From Candidatus Altimarinota bacterium (GTDB taxonomy: Bacteria; Patescibacteriota; Gracilibacteria; CAIRYL01): 64,000 bases of DNA. Both the position numbers and the translations under genes were made by a program. Shown piece after piece: positions 10,403 to 19,144 of the stretch. The notes under the pieces were generated by a model. That model worked only from the letters and a program-made list of their open reading frames with translations. It had not been told where the DNA came from and did no database searches. The stretch spans positions 384,001-448,000 of the forward strand of contig OZ252287.1 of the NCBI GenBank assembly GCA_965250085.1. The letters run 5' to 3'. Numbering within the stretch: the stretch's first letter is position 1; every line of letters begins with the position of its first letter.

Positions 10403-10920
10403 AGATTCTTTTTAAAATTTTTGGGATTATCCTCATCTGTGTCCCATTTGAATGGATTATACACAATGTATTCGCGAATTCGAGTGAGTTCTTCCTCATT
10501 GCGAATGATGCGGTCGTAAAAATTTCGTTGCCACATAAGAGCTTTGGGATTCTTTTTTCGCATAAGCTTTGTAACACCAATCTTATAGCCTCGAATAATG
10601 GACCCTAATGATCTTGGAATTATTTTTTGAAATTTATTTTTTCGTAGGGGTTCAAAATTTTGAACCCCTACAATCTCGATGATGCCGTGTACATGGTTTG
10701 GCATAATGATAAATTCATGTAGTCGAACATCTGAAAAATGCTCTGGGATCTGTTTCCAACATTTTTCTGCCATTTTTCCCCATTCATTCAATTGAACCAC
10801 ATCATTTTTTACTTCACCAAAAATACACTTTTTGCCCTTGGTACAAATCGTCACAAAACACCATCCTGCTGAACCATAATCATGATCCTGCAAACGAATA
10901 GATTTTCTCTGATGTTTCAT
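10399..10920 (-). mobile_element. REP-associated tyrosine transposase (RAYT, Y1/HUH, IS200-like TnpA)
   Basis: RKSIRL..HDY, FVTICT, MPNHVHGII (HUH), WQRNFYDRIIR, EYIVYNP (catalytic Tyr). Confidence 0.9.
10644..10671. repeat. GTAG-type REP palindrome inside the RAYT coding sequence
   Basis: Perfect 28-bp palindrome GTAGGGGTTCAAAATTTTGAACCCCTAC. Confidence 0.9.
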
Positions 10921-10922
10921 TG

Positions 10923-11591
10923 CTATATTTTTGACACCAAATCTTTCAAAACTGCCTTCGGATCATCAGCTTTGGTCACTCCACTGGCGAGCAACACTCC
11001 TACAGATCCCAGCTCCATAGCGATGCGGACATCATCACCATTTTTGACTCCTGCTCCGACCAGCACTTTGCCTTTGCCTATTTTCTCAACGCTCTTTTGA
11101 ATCAACTCTGGCTCTGAGGTAGAAACCGAAATGTCACCACCGATGAGATCTGGCGGTTCTACGGCAATCAGATCTGGAGCAAATTCATTCATGATATTCA
11201 TGCCTTCATCATCCGTTTCGGCGCACACAATGACAAACAGTCCGGCTTTCTTCGCGCGAGCAATCTTTTTGCCGAGGAGTTCAAAGTCCCCTACGCGACA
11301 CTCAGAATGATTGAGAAGGGTTCCATATGCTCCCAATTTTTTAACCTCTTCAGGAACTATCTTGCCCGTTGAAGAACCATACTCCGCTTCATCCACGTGC
11401 TGAGCAAACACTGGGATCTGATCTCCAAACTCCATGACCACGCTCCTGAGATCCAATGCTGAAACAGCAACGGCAAACTGCACGCCAGTTTCTTGTTGCG
11501 CCTGAATATGAAGCTGGGTGAGGTCGCGACACTTCTCCCCTATAGCAGAAGAATAATTCTTAAAATTGGTGAGAATGAGTGGAAATTGCAT
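10923..11591 (-). CDS. tpiA: Triosephosphate isomerase, archaeal type
   Basis: NFKNY, LLNHSE, AVEPPDLIG, GAGV, GVLLASGVTKA; short (222 aa) archaeal form. Confidence 0.93.
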   Translation of the reverse strand: MQFPLILTNFKNYSSAIGEKCRDLTQLHIQAQQETGVQFAVAVSALDLRSVVMEFGDQIPVFAQHVDEAEYGSSTGKIVPEEVKKLGAYGTLLNHSECRVGDFELLGKKIARAKKAGLFVIVCAETDDEGMNIMNEFAPDLIAVEPPDLIGGDISVSTSEPELIQKSVEKIGKGKVLVGAGVKNGDDVRIAMELGSVGVLLASGVTKADDPKAVLKDLVSKI

Positions 11592-11663
11592 AAAAAGTAC
11601 TCAAAGAGCGTCCTCAAGTGTGGAGGATTCCATGTTTTTTTTCAAGGAAAGAGGAGTTTCTTT

Positions 11664-12224
11664 TTATACCTCGCGATATCGAAAACAGTCAGTCGCGTGA
11701 TCATTGACCATTCCTACCGCCTGCATAAATGCATAACAAATCGTAGATCCCACAAAAGAAAACCCTCGTTTCTTCAGATCCTTGCTCATCGCGTCTGATT
11801 CTGCTGTTTTTGCAGGAATTTCAGTGATTTTTTTCCAGGTATTGACCCTTGGTTTTCCCCCGACAAATTGCCAAATATAATCGCTAAATGAGCCAAATTC
11901 TTTTTGAATTTCCAGAAATACTTTCGCGTTTTTAATCGCGGCCGCAACCTTGAGACGATTGCGGATAATACCAGCATCATTCAGAAGCGCCTTCACTTTC
12001 TTCTGATCATATTTCGCAATCTTTTTGGCATCAAAGTGATCAAATACCTTTTGATAATGCTCCCTCTTCTTGAGCACCGTATTCCAACTCAGCCCCGCCT
12101 GTGCTCCCTCAAGGATGAGGTATTCAAACAGGAGTCGATCATCATATACCGGAACACCCCACTCGGTATCATGATATATGATGTAGAGTTCGTTATTTTC
12201 CGGAACCCAAGTACAACGATTCAT
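11664..12224 (-). CDS. tag: DNA-3-methyladenine glycosylase I
   Basis: RCTW...YHDTEWG, LEGAQAGLSW, IIRNRLK, FVGST.CYAFMQAVG.VNDH...C. Confidence 0.96.
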   Translation of the reverse strand: MNRCTWVPENNELYIIYHDTEWGVPVYDDRLLFEYLILEGAQAGLSWNTVLKKREHYQKVFDHFDAKKIAKYDQKKVKALLNDAGIIRNRLKVAAAIKNAKVFLEIQKEFGSFSDYIWQFVGGKPRVNTWKKITEIPAKTAESDAMSKDLKKRGFSFVGSTICYAFMQAVGMVNDHATDCFRYREV

Positions 12225-12255
12225 AATATGGGATACAAATGGCATGTAAAACTAA

Positions 12256-12825
12256 CTACTCTCTATTTACTTTATAAATACTGTAAGCAATATGCCCCAT
12301 ACTCAAACAAGAAAAGACCACCAGTAGAAAGAGTATGTATCCCCAATAAGTATTACTAGTTGAAAGTGGACTTGCTAAAAGGACCAGAGAGATAATAATT
12401 GGAGCAATGCCAAAGACTAGAGATTTTCGCAGAGAATGGAGTACAAGCCTTTTCTTTTCTAAAAGGTAGGAAAAGGTTTCAAGAGTTTCCTTGCCGGTAT
12501 GAACATTACCCTGTTGCCAAGCCCCTCCTGTTAAATTGCTTCTATTCTTAAAAGCTTCTGAGGTTATTTCTAAAATATTTGAATCTGAAAAACGAGGATA
12601 TGCTCCGCTTTCTTTTGACAACTTGTATTTACAACAAAATTTTCTATTCTCTTCATTTCCATGATTCGTAATAACATTAAAAGCTTCTATACATTGTTTC
12701 CTGATAGCATTAATTTCTCCTTGTAGTTTATCAAGACTAAAAACTACAAAAATCCCAAATAAAGCTACAAATGCAGCCATGACTTGTGCCAAAGTGCTGA
12801 GTGTATAAAACCAAATATTCGCCAT
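12256..12825 (-). CDS. Hypothetical membrane protein (about 3 TM)
   Basis: One N-terminal and two C-terminal hydrophobic segments; AT-rich. Confidence 0.7.
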   Translation of the reverse strand: MANIWFYTLSTLAQVMAAFVALFGIFVVFSLDKLQGEINAIRKQCIEAFNVITNHGNEENRKFCCKYKLSKESGAYPRFSDSNILEITSEAFKNRSNLTGGAWQQGNVHTGKETLETFSYLLEKKRLVLHSLRKSLVFGIAPIIISLVLLASPLSTSNTYWGYILFLLVVFSCLSMGHIAYSIYKVNRE

Positions 12826-12844
12826 AGTTTATTCTATTTTGAAG

Positions 12845-12919
12845 TGGTGGCCAGGGGCAGAATTGAACTGCCGACACGAGGATTTTCAGTCCACTGCTCT
12901 ACCACTGAGCTACCTGGCC
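12845..12919 (-). tRNA. tRNA-Phe (GAA)
   Basis: GGCCAGGTAGCTCAGTGGTAGAGCAGTGGACTGAAAATCCTC...GTTCAATTC...CCTGGCCACCA cloverleaf with CCA. Confidence 0.96.
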
Positions 12920-12964
12920 AAACCGGCAAGAAGTGTAGGAAAAAAATATTTGGGGAGCAAGAAG

Positions 12965-13126
12965 AAATCCCTCCTAGTCTCCCTTTATTAAAGGGAGGAA
13001 TAAATTTCTCCCCTCTTTTGTAAAGAGGGGTAGGTCTTTCGACTCTGAGGGATGAGCCCTCTCTTCTAGAGCCTGAGAGCTTGTCAGAGCCGAACGGCAG
13101 GCTCAGACTCGAATGAGGGGAGATTT
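12965..13126. repeat. Two family A hairpins, the second interrupted by an ~80-bp structured insert
   Basis: ccctcttttgtaaagaggggtagg[insert]ggggagattt versus the uninterrupted copy at ~14180-14214. Confidence 0.7.
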
Positions 13127-13127
13127 C

Positions 13128-14090
13128 TTATCTGAATTCATCAGAACTTGTCTGACGGATCTTCTCAACTCGTAAATTCTCTACTTGATTTCCAATCCCT
13201 TCTTTGAGTTCCACTTTAGGTGCATACCCGAGCTCTTTTTGAATCTTACTGATATCTGCACATTGTCCATGAATGTAGACTTCTTTTACCGGATTTTCAA
13301 TATATTCAGGAGCGATTTTTTTCCCAAACGCTTCATTAAGGGCTGCAACAATTTCATTGAGAGTGGAGGTTTTGCCCGTACCAATATTAAACACCTCGGC
13401 ACCAAGTTTTTGATCCGACTCCATGGCAAGTGTGATACCCGCGATGACATCGCTCACATGAGTAAAATCTCGAAATTGCTCTCCATCTCCATAGATCACA
13501 GGAGAAAGATCACGGGCAATATCCCAAGCAAACTGAGAAATAATATTGGCATATTTTCCCTTTGCTTCTTCATTGGGTCCATACACACTCATAAAACGAA
13601 ATCCGATGATATCTATATCTGGATATATGGAGTTGTAGCAAGCGCTACAGTTTTCATAAAAATCCTTACTCACCGCGTAGTGGTTTTGTGGAGTAACTTC
13701 TTGTGTTTCAACCAGTGGCAACGGATTGTTGCCATAGAGAGATGAAGTGGAAGCATAGAGGAATTTTTTGGCACCGCACTTGCGCGCCCATTCAAGCGCT
13801 ACCACAAATGATTTGACGGAATTGATATACGCTTCAGCAAGACCATCAGTAAACATGGGAGCAGAAGAGCTTCCTGCAAAATGCACGACAACGTCCACTG
13901 GTCCGACCTTTTCTAAGTCCTCCACATTACAAGCATCACCTCGAACAAAGACAACTCCTTCTTTCAAATTATCCTTATCTCCTAAAAGAAGGTTGTCCAA
14001 GGCAATCACCTCATAGGCGTCTTTGTGCAAATTGCAAAAATTGGAGCCGATAAATCCCGCTCCGCCAGTGACTAAAATTTTTTGTTTCAT
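13128..14090 (-). CDS. NAD-dependent nucleotide-sugar epimerase/dehydratase
   Basis: TGGAGFIG, YASTSSLYG, YAVSK, VYGP, GDGEQ.RDF. Confidence 0.9.
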   Translation of the reverse strand: MKQKILVTGGAGFIGSNFCNLHKDAYEVIALDNLLLGDKDNLKEGVVFVRGDACNVEDLEKVGPVDVVVHFAGSSSAPMFTDGLAEAYINSVKSFVVALEWARKCGAKKFLYASTSSLYGNNPLPLVETQEVTPQNHYAVSKDFYENCSACYNSIYPDIDIIGFRFMSVYGPNEEAKGKYANIISQFAWDIARDLSPVIYGDGEQFRDFTHVSDVIAGITLAMESDQKLGAEVFNIGTGKTSTLNEIVAALNEAFGKKIAPEYIENPVKEVYIHGQCADISKIQKELGYAPKVELKEGIGNQVENLRVEKIRQTSSDEFR

Positions 14091-14104
14091 TGAATTTAGT
14101 ATAT

Positions 14105-14252
14105 AAATCCCCCTCCTTCTAGGAGAGGTTAGGGGTGATACCCCCTCCAGCTCCCCCTACAAGGGGGAGAGTTTTTTATTCCCCTCTTTTCAAAAGAGGG
14201 GGTAGGGGAGATTTTTTAATCCCCCTCAATCCCCCCTTATTAAGGGGGAAAG
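14105..14252. repeat. Cluster of four family A hairpins
   Basis: Includes tcccctcttttcaaaagagggggtaggggagattt and aatccccctcaatccccccttattaaggggga. Confidence 0.85.
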
Positions 14253-14257
14253 AAATA

Positions 14258-15172
14258 TTATTTTTTCTGACTACTCAAATATTCAAATACCGAATTGGCC
14301 GCCACACTCCCCTCTCCTATTGCTGTAGCAATCTGATGAAAATGATTGGACTGATTGGTAATATCACCGGCTGCAAATAACCCTGGAACAGCGAGTGACT
14401 GATCTTCGGCTGCTACGAGAAACCCTTGAGCATCTTTTGGAAGATCAAATTCATCCGTAAGTTCTGTATTAGGGTTCGATCCGATTTCAATAAAGACACC
14501 TTGTATGTCATCCAGTTTTGTTCCATTCATGAGCTCCACTGCTTCTAATTTTTCTGTCCCATGAAACTCTTTGATGACTGATTCATAGAGAATTTCAATG
14601 TTTTTGCGTTCCTTCATCTGTTCCTGCCAGATGGGCTCTGCACGCATGCGATCCTTTCGTACGATCACATATACTTTGGGGCAAATATCTGAAAGGTACA
14701 GACTGGCTGTTGCTGCCGCATCTCCCCCACCAACAATGGCCACCGTCTTACTACGAAAAAAGAATCCGTCACATGTGGCACAATAGGTGATTCCTTTCCC
14801 ATCGAGTTCTTCTTCACCAGGAATCCCCAGTTTTCGAGTTTCTGTCCCCACGGTCAAAATAACCGACCGCGTATGGACGTCGTCCTTCAGAGCGAGGGAA
14901 AGAACAAATGTTCCATCATCATTTTTCGTGATTTTGGTTACCTCATCTGCTTCTATTTCCGCTCCATATTTCACAGCATGTTCTTTAAATTTTGCCATGA
15001 GTTCTGGACCCTTTATTGATTCAAAGCCTGGGTAATTTTCGACATCGTGTGCAAAAGCTGTCTGACCTCCTTCCTGCTTTCCAATGATGAGCGTCTTGAG
15101 CTTGTATCTCACAGCATACAAAGCTGCTGCATATCCCGCTGCCCCAGAACCGATCACTGCTGTATCGTACAT
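14258..15172 (-). CDS. trxB: Thioredoxin reductase
   Basis: IGSGAAG, VENYPGF, YCATCDG, VGGGD, GLFAAGD. Confidence 0.93.
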   Translation of the reverse strand: MYDTAVIGSGAAGYAAALYAVRYKLKTLIIGKQEGGQTAFAHDVENYPGFESIKGPELMAKFKEHAVKYGAEIEADEVTKITKNDDGTFVLSLALKDDVHTRSVILTVGTETRKLGIPGEEELDGKGITYCATCDGFFFRSKTVAIVGGGDAAATASLYLSDICPKVYVIVRKDRMRAEPIWQEQMKERKNIEILYESVIKEFHGTEKLEAVELMNGTKLDDIQGVFIEIGSNPNTELTDEFDLPKDAQGFLVAAEDQSLAVPGLFAAGDITNQSNHFHQIATAIGEGSVAANSVFEYLSSQKK

Positions 15173-15348
15173 GCTTACTTCAGAAAGTGTGGACAGAGTA
15201 TCAAAAAAAAGAAGGGAAAAATATATATTTCACTTCTTTCTCCCTATCGAATGGTAAAAATTATTACAATTATTTTTTGAAAAGCAATCTATGAACAATT
15301 TCGATCGATAATTTTGTAGGTTTTGGTATTGTTTCCAAAATATCAACC

Positions 15349-16674
15349 CTACTCTCCCCACAATCTTCCGATATCTCGAAAAGTAATAACAACAATGAAG
15401 ACAAGCAACAAAATAAACCCTATTGAGTGAATCGGCATTTCCCATTTGGCTGGAATGCGATGAGTGACTTTGAGATTTGGGAAGATTTTTTTGATCGGCC
15501 AAAGGCAAATAAAAAAGATGAGTTCTAAAAGCTGAAAAAAGAGTCTTCCTCCATCAAGCGCCGGAAAGGGCACGAGATTGATCACCGCAAGTGACAAAGA
15601 GAGCACTGCTGTGAATTGTAAAATCTTGGAGATATCACCCACTTCCACCAAAGTCTTGGTATTGTCCCAAATGGCCACCGGACCTCCCACTCCTTGCGGA
15701 ATCTCTGGTTTTTCAAATCGAAACATTCGTCCAAATGTGGAACGTACAATATCCGTCACCATTCCTACCGAGAGTCGAAGAAATCTGGAGCAGCTCCTCC
15801 ATGATTCTTTCACCGATTCCACAAAGGAAAGCTGAATGGGTTTGATCTCATAATAGTATTCAGGCGCAAGAATGACACCCAGAAAAAACTGACCATCTTC
15901 CTCTTCAGGCATAAGATCATAAAATTCAAGCCGCGCTTCATCTGTTTCGAAGTCAGTTCTCTGTACTGCATAACGAAGGCTTTCTCCTGATACACTTTCC
16001 TGCTGAATATCGCGGACATCGGCTGGGGATATAATATTCACTCCATCAATCTGCAAGATTTGATCTCCCGATGCAATCCCTGCTTCTCCGGCAGGAGACT
16101 CTGGATCCACAAGAAGGACATACGCTCCCCCTTCACCTTTATAATAGAATCCGTCTTCTACCCATTCCTGCAGATGTCCATCGGCAAAATAGGATGCAAA
16201 TTGTGGGTGAGCAGAAAGATTGGGATTGATAAGATCGGTAAATCCCATAAGTCCCACAGCGATAAACAGTGCGAATGCAAAGAGAATATTCATCGTTACT
16301 CCTGCAACAGTAATCGCCATTCGAGAAAGAAGTGGCTTATTGCAGAATGCTCGCGGATTGTTCGCGCATCTAGCAGTACTTTCTTCTCCTAACATCCGGA
16401 CAAATCCACCAAATGGAATCGCATTTACTGTCCATTCCATCGTGTCCGTCTCTTCTTTTATTTTTCCTTTTTGATCACGAAACTGGACCTGACGAGAAGT
16501 TTTTTTGCCAAATAATTTGGGAGGGAGTCCAAATCCAAATTCCTCTACTTTGGTTCCTGTGAGCCTTGCCACCCAAAAGTGTCCCAATTCATGCAAAATA
16601 ATAAGTGCTGAAAAAATCAGCAGGAATACGAGTGCCACGAGGAGGAAGTTACCAACAGTTCCTAAAATTTCCAT
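15349..16674 (-). CDS. rseP: Site-2 protease RseP/RasP (M50 with PDZ)
   Basis: HELGHF, GGFVRM, AGVTMN, PDZ segment, NLVPFPALDGG. Confidence 0.93.
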   Translation of the reverse strand: MEILGTVGNFLLVALVFLLIFSALIILHELGHFWVARLTGTKVEEFGFGLPPKLFGKKTSRQVQFRDQKGKIKEETDTMEWTVNAIPFGGFVRMLGEESTARCANNPRAFCNKPLLSRMAITVAGVTMNILFAFALFIAVGLMGFTDLINPNLSAHPQFASYFADGHLQEWVEDGFYYKGEGGAYVLLVDPESPAGEAGIASGDQILQIDGVNIISPADVRDIQQESVSGESLRYAVQRTDFETDEARLEFYDLMPEEEDGQFFLGVILAPEYYYEIKPIQLSFVESVKESWRSCSRFLRLSVGMVTDIVRSTFGRMFRFEKPEIPQGVGGPVAIWDNTKTLVEVGDISKILQFTAVLSLSLAVINLVPFPALDGGRLFFQLLELIFFICLWPIKKIFPNLKVTHRIPAKWEMPIHSIGFILLLVFIVVITFRDIGRLWGE

Positions 16675-16684
16675 AAAAAATAGA

Positions 16685-16760
16685 GTTACAAATTACGAAT
16701 TACAAATTACGAATGACGAATATAAGAATTTGTAATTGTTCATTCGTAATTCGTAATTGA
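16685..16760. repeat. Inverted pair of heptamer arrays (TTACAAA/TTACGAA ... TTCGTAA)
   Basis: gttacaaattacgaattacaaattacgaatgacgaat...ttgtaattgttcattcgtaattcgtaatt. Confidence 0.85.
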
Positions 16761-17303
16761 TTACACCGTCATCACTTCAGTTTCCTTCTTTTTCATGTGT
16801 TCTTCTACACTTTTATTATATTCATCCACCTTATCCTGCAAATCTTTTTCCGCATGTTTTTCTTCATCTTCCGAAAGATCTTCACTTTTAATGGAACCTA
16901 TTGCGTCATGTCGCGCGTTACGAATAGCTATCTTTGCTTCTTCTGCTAGCTTATGTACTACTTTTACCGTTTCTTTTCGCCTTTCTTCAGTCATCGGTGG
17001 CAAGTTCATATAAATAGCATGACCATCGTTATTGGGCATAATACCGAGATTGGAGTCGTTGATGGCTTTTTCTACATTTGCGAGCAGTCCTGCATCCCAT
17101 GGAGTAATGGTAATGCTTCGTACATCAGGAATCGCAATCTGTGCCATATTTTTGATTGGTTGGAGTGTCCCATAAGCATCTACTTCTATCCCTTCCACAA
17201 GGCCTGCGGATGCACGCCCGATCTGTAGACCAGCGTATTCTTTGGAGAGATAGCTCAGCGCTTTTTCAAAGGCTTCTGTTGCGGTAGTAACGGCAGGATG
17301 CAT
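16761..17303 (-). CDS. frr: Ribosome recycling factor
   Basis: GRA, AYG, ITPWD, PPMTEERRKE, AIRNARHD, KKKE.E.M. Confidence 0.96.
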   Translation of the reverse strand: MHPAVTTATEAFEKALSYLSKEYAGLQIGRASAGLVEGIEVDAYGTLQPIKNMAQIAIPDVRSITITPWDAGLLANVEKAINDSNLGIMPNNDGHAIYMNLPPMTEERRKETVKVVHKLAEEAKIAIRNARHDAIGSIKSEDLSEDEEKHAEKDLQDKVDEYNKSVEEHMKKKETEVMTV

Positions 17304-17309
17304 AGAAAC

Positions 17310-17428
17310 AAGTTAAAAGTAGAAAGTTTATAAAGTAAAAAGGAAAAAATCCCATTACCGCAGGGGAGATTATAATGAAAAAATTCGTAATTTGTAATTC
17401 GTAATTGTAAATTGTTAATTGCTAATTG
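17310..17428. repeat. AAAGT-type and TTCGTAA/TTGTAA tandem arrays
   Basis: aagttaaaagtagaaagtttataaagt; aattcgtaatttgtaattcgtaattgtaaattgttaattgctaatt. Confidence 0.75.
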
Positions 17429-18123
17429 ACGACCGTTCCTATTTCCTCTCCCCTGACCACTTTCACTATATTCCCTTTTTTGAACCGAAAAACCACAATA
17501 GGGATATTGTTTTCCGCACAAAGTGAAAAAGCATCTTGATCCATCACCTTTAGCTCTTTTTCTGTTGCCTCTGTATAAGTGAGAGTTTCAAATCTGGTCG
17601 CATTCGGATCTTCTTCTGGATCAGCACTATAGACTCCATCCACCTTCGTTGCCTTGAGAAGAGCATCACACTCAAGCTCTGATGCTCTCATAGCTGCTGC
17701 TGTATCAGTCGTCACATATGGAGCGCCCGTTCCTCCGCCCAGAAGTACTACATTCCCCTCCTGAAGTGATGTGAGCGCCTGAGTAATTTTATACTGCGTC
17801 ACTATTGATCCAATTCCAAATGCAGAAAAAGTATCTACAGGAATATCTGTATTTTTTAGGGTATCAGCAAGCACAAGAGCATTGAGGATTGTAGCCATCA
17901 TACCCGTATAATCAGATGCCTCCCGTGTCAGATCTGCATTTTTGAAATCTCGATAACGCCAAAAATTGCCTCCTCCCATCACTATTGCTATTGCTATTCC
18001 CATTGTATGAAGTTCAGCTATTTCATCTACCAGCTCATTTACTCGGTCAAAATTAATTCCTCTTCCATTTGCATGAGCAAATGCTTCACCAGATATCTTG
18101 AGGAGTATGCGTTTGTATTTCAT
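17422..18123 (-). CDS. pyrH: Uridylate kinase
   Basis: RILLKISGEA, GGGN.WR, DY.GMMAT, PYVTTDTAA, KVDGVY.ADP. Confidence 0.96.
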   Translation of the reverse strand: MKYKRILLKISGEAFAHANGRGINFDRVNELVDEIAELHTMGIAIAIVMGGGNFWRYRDFKNADLTREASDYTGMMATILNALVLADTLKNTDIPVDTFSAFGIGSIVTQYKITQALTSLQEGNVVLLGGGTGAPYVTTDTAAAMRASELECDALLKATKVDGVYSADPEEDPNATRFETLTYTEATEKELKVMDQDAFSLCAENNIPIVVFRFKKGNIVKVVRGEEIGTVVN

Positions 18124-18475
18124 ATAAAAGGAGGAACTTCTGGCACATTGTAGCATATAGAGAACTGTCTTTTTGTGGAAGGCATGAAGAAAATTTACGC
18201 AGCTTCTTCTCTAACAACTCAGAGTGTTCTTGAAGCAGTATTTCGTATCTCTCCCACGACTCCTCCAGGAGTTCCTTCTTGCCTCGCATGATGCTCTTTT
18301 CCTCCAGTATTTTCTGGTATTTTTGGTGACCTCACCATAGTTTCTGTGTCATAAGAAGGAATAAAATCGAGAAAGTATCTTAGACACTCAATTTTCAGGT
18401 ATCAAGAAAGTTTCACTATAATATTTTTATGGTGCCTGGAGAACTGATTCTGATGACTTTTATCTGCCTGAATTT

Positions 18476-18994
18476 TTATGCCACCTCTTTCAATTCTTCA
18501 AGGAACATATCCAAAAAGCTCTTTAGGATTGAAAGCTTTTTCTTTAAACATTCACACTCTTCCTCTTTTGCCCTGATATTATCCATTAAGAATACTCTTC
18601 CGGTTCCAATCGGAAGCGATTCTTCTGGAGAAATTATTAATGACTTGGCGAAACTATGATTTTTAAGTGCCTGCCTGGTTTTTGTTATTTGGTATTCAGG
18701 TACTTCTCCAAGTGTTTTTAAATATTCTTTTTTTGTTTCTATGCTTTTTGAGAGAAAAGAAATCTTTCTTTCTGTTTGATCTTGCATGGTTGAGAATTTT
18801 TTCAAAACGACCTCTCTCATCTTGGGAGCACTCTGCATTCTTTGATGTAAATCAGATTCCATTCCTTTTGTTTCTGCTCCTTCACAAGATGCTGTTACCA
18901 GTTGCATTACTTGTATTTCTATGGGCTTGGAACTCATCTCAAGGTACACATTCTCAAGTGATCGATTCTCTGGTTTTTGCTGTGGTCTATTCAT
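18476..18994 (-). CDS. Hypothetical protein (orphan)
   Basis: 172-aa charged, helical-looking ORF. Confidence 0.6.
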   Translation of the reverse strand: MNRPQQKPENRSLENVYLEMSSKPIEIQVMQLVTASCEGAETKGMESDLHQRMQSAPKMREVVLKKFSTMQDQTERKISFLSKSIETKKEYLKTLGEVPEYQITKTRQALKNHSFAKSLIISPEESLPIGTGRVFLMDNIRAKEEECECLKKKLSILKSFLDMFLEELKEVA

Positions 18995-19085
18995 AATATT
19001 TAATAATTAAACATTTTTTCTCAGGAAGAAAATTATACCACATTTAAAAATATTTCCAAAAAAAATTTGGGATTTTGCTCATAGC

Positions 19086-19113
19086 AAAAAAGGGCGACCA
19101 TGACTGGTCGCCC
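19086..19113 (-). terminator. Intrinsic terminator
   Basis: gggcgacca-N4-tggtcgccc hairpin followed by a U-tract on the minus strand. Confidence 0.8.
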
Positions 19114-19144
19114 ACCCTGAATTCTTGATTATTACTTCTCTAAT

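Noticed and set aside
14105-14252. CRISPR array
   Set aside because: Repeats are degenerate, mixed in orientation and lack regular spacers; no cas genes
18086-18352. ORF MTQKLW*GHQKYQK... with an in-frame TGA, suggesting genetic code 25 or readthrough
   Set aside because: Long Gly-rich genes have no internal TGA, and alr, bcp and the antiporter end in TGA at expected lengths. The ORF is short, overlaps pyrH and has no recognisable family.
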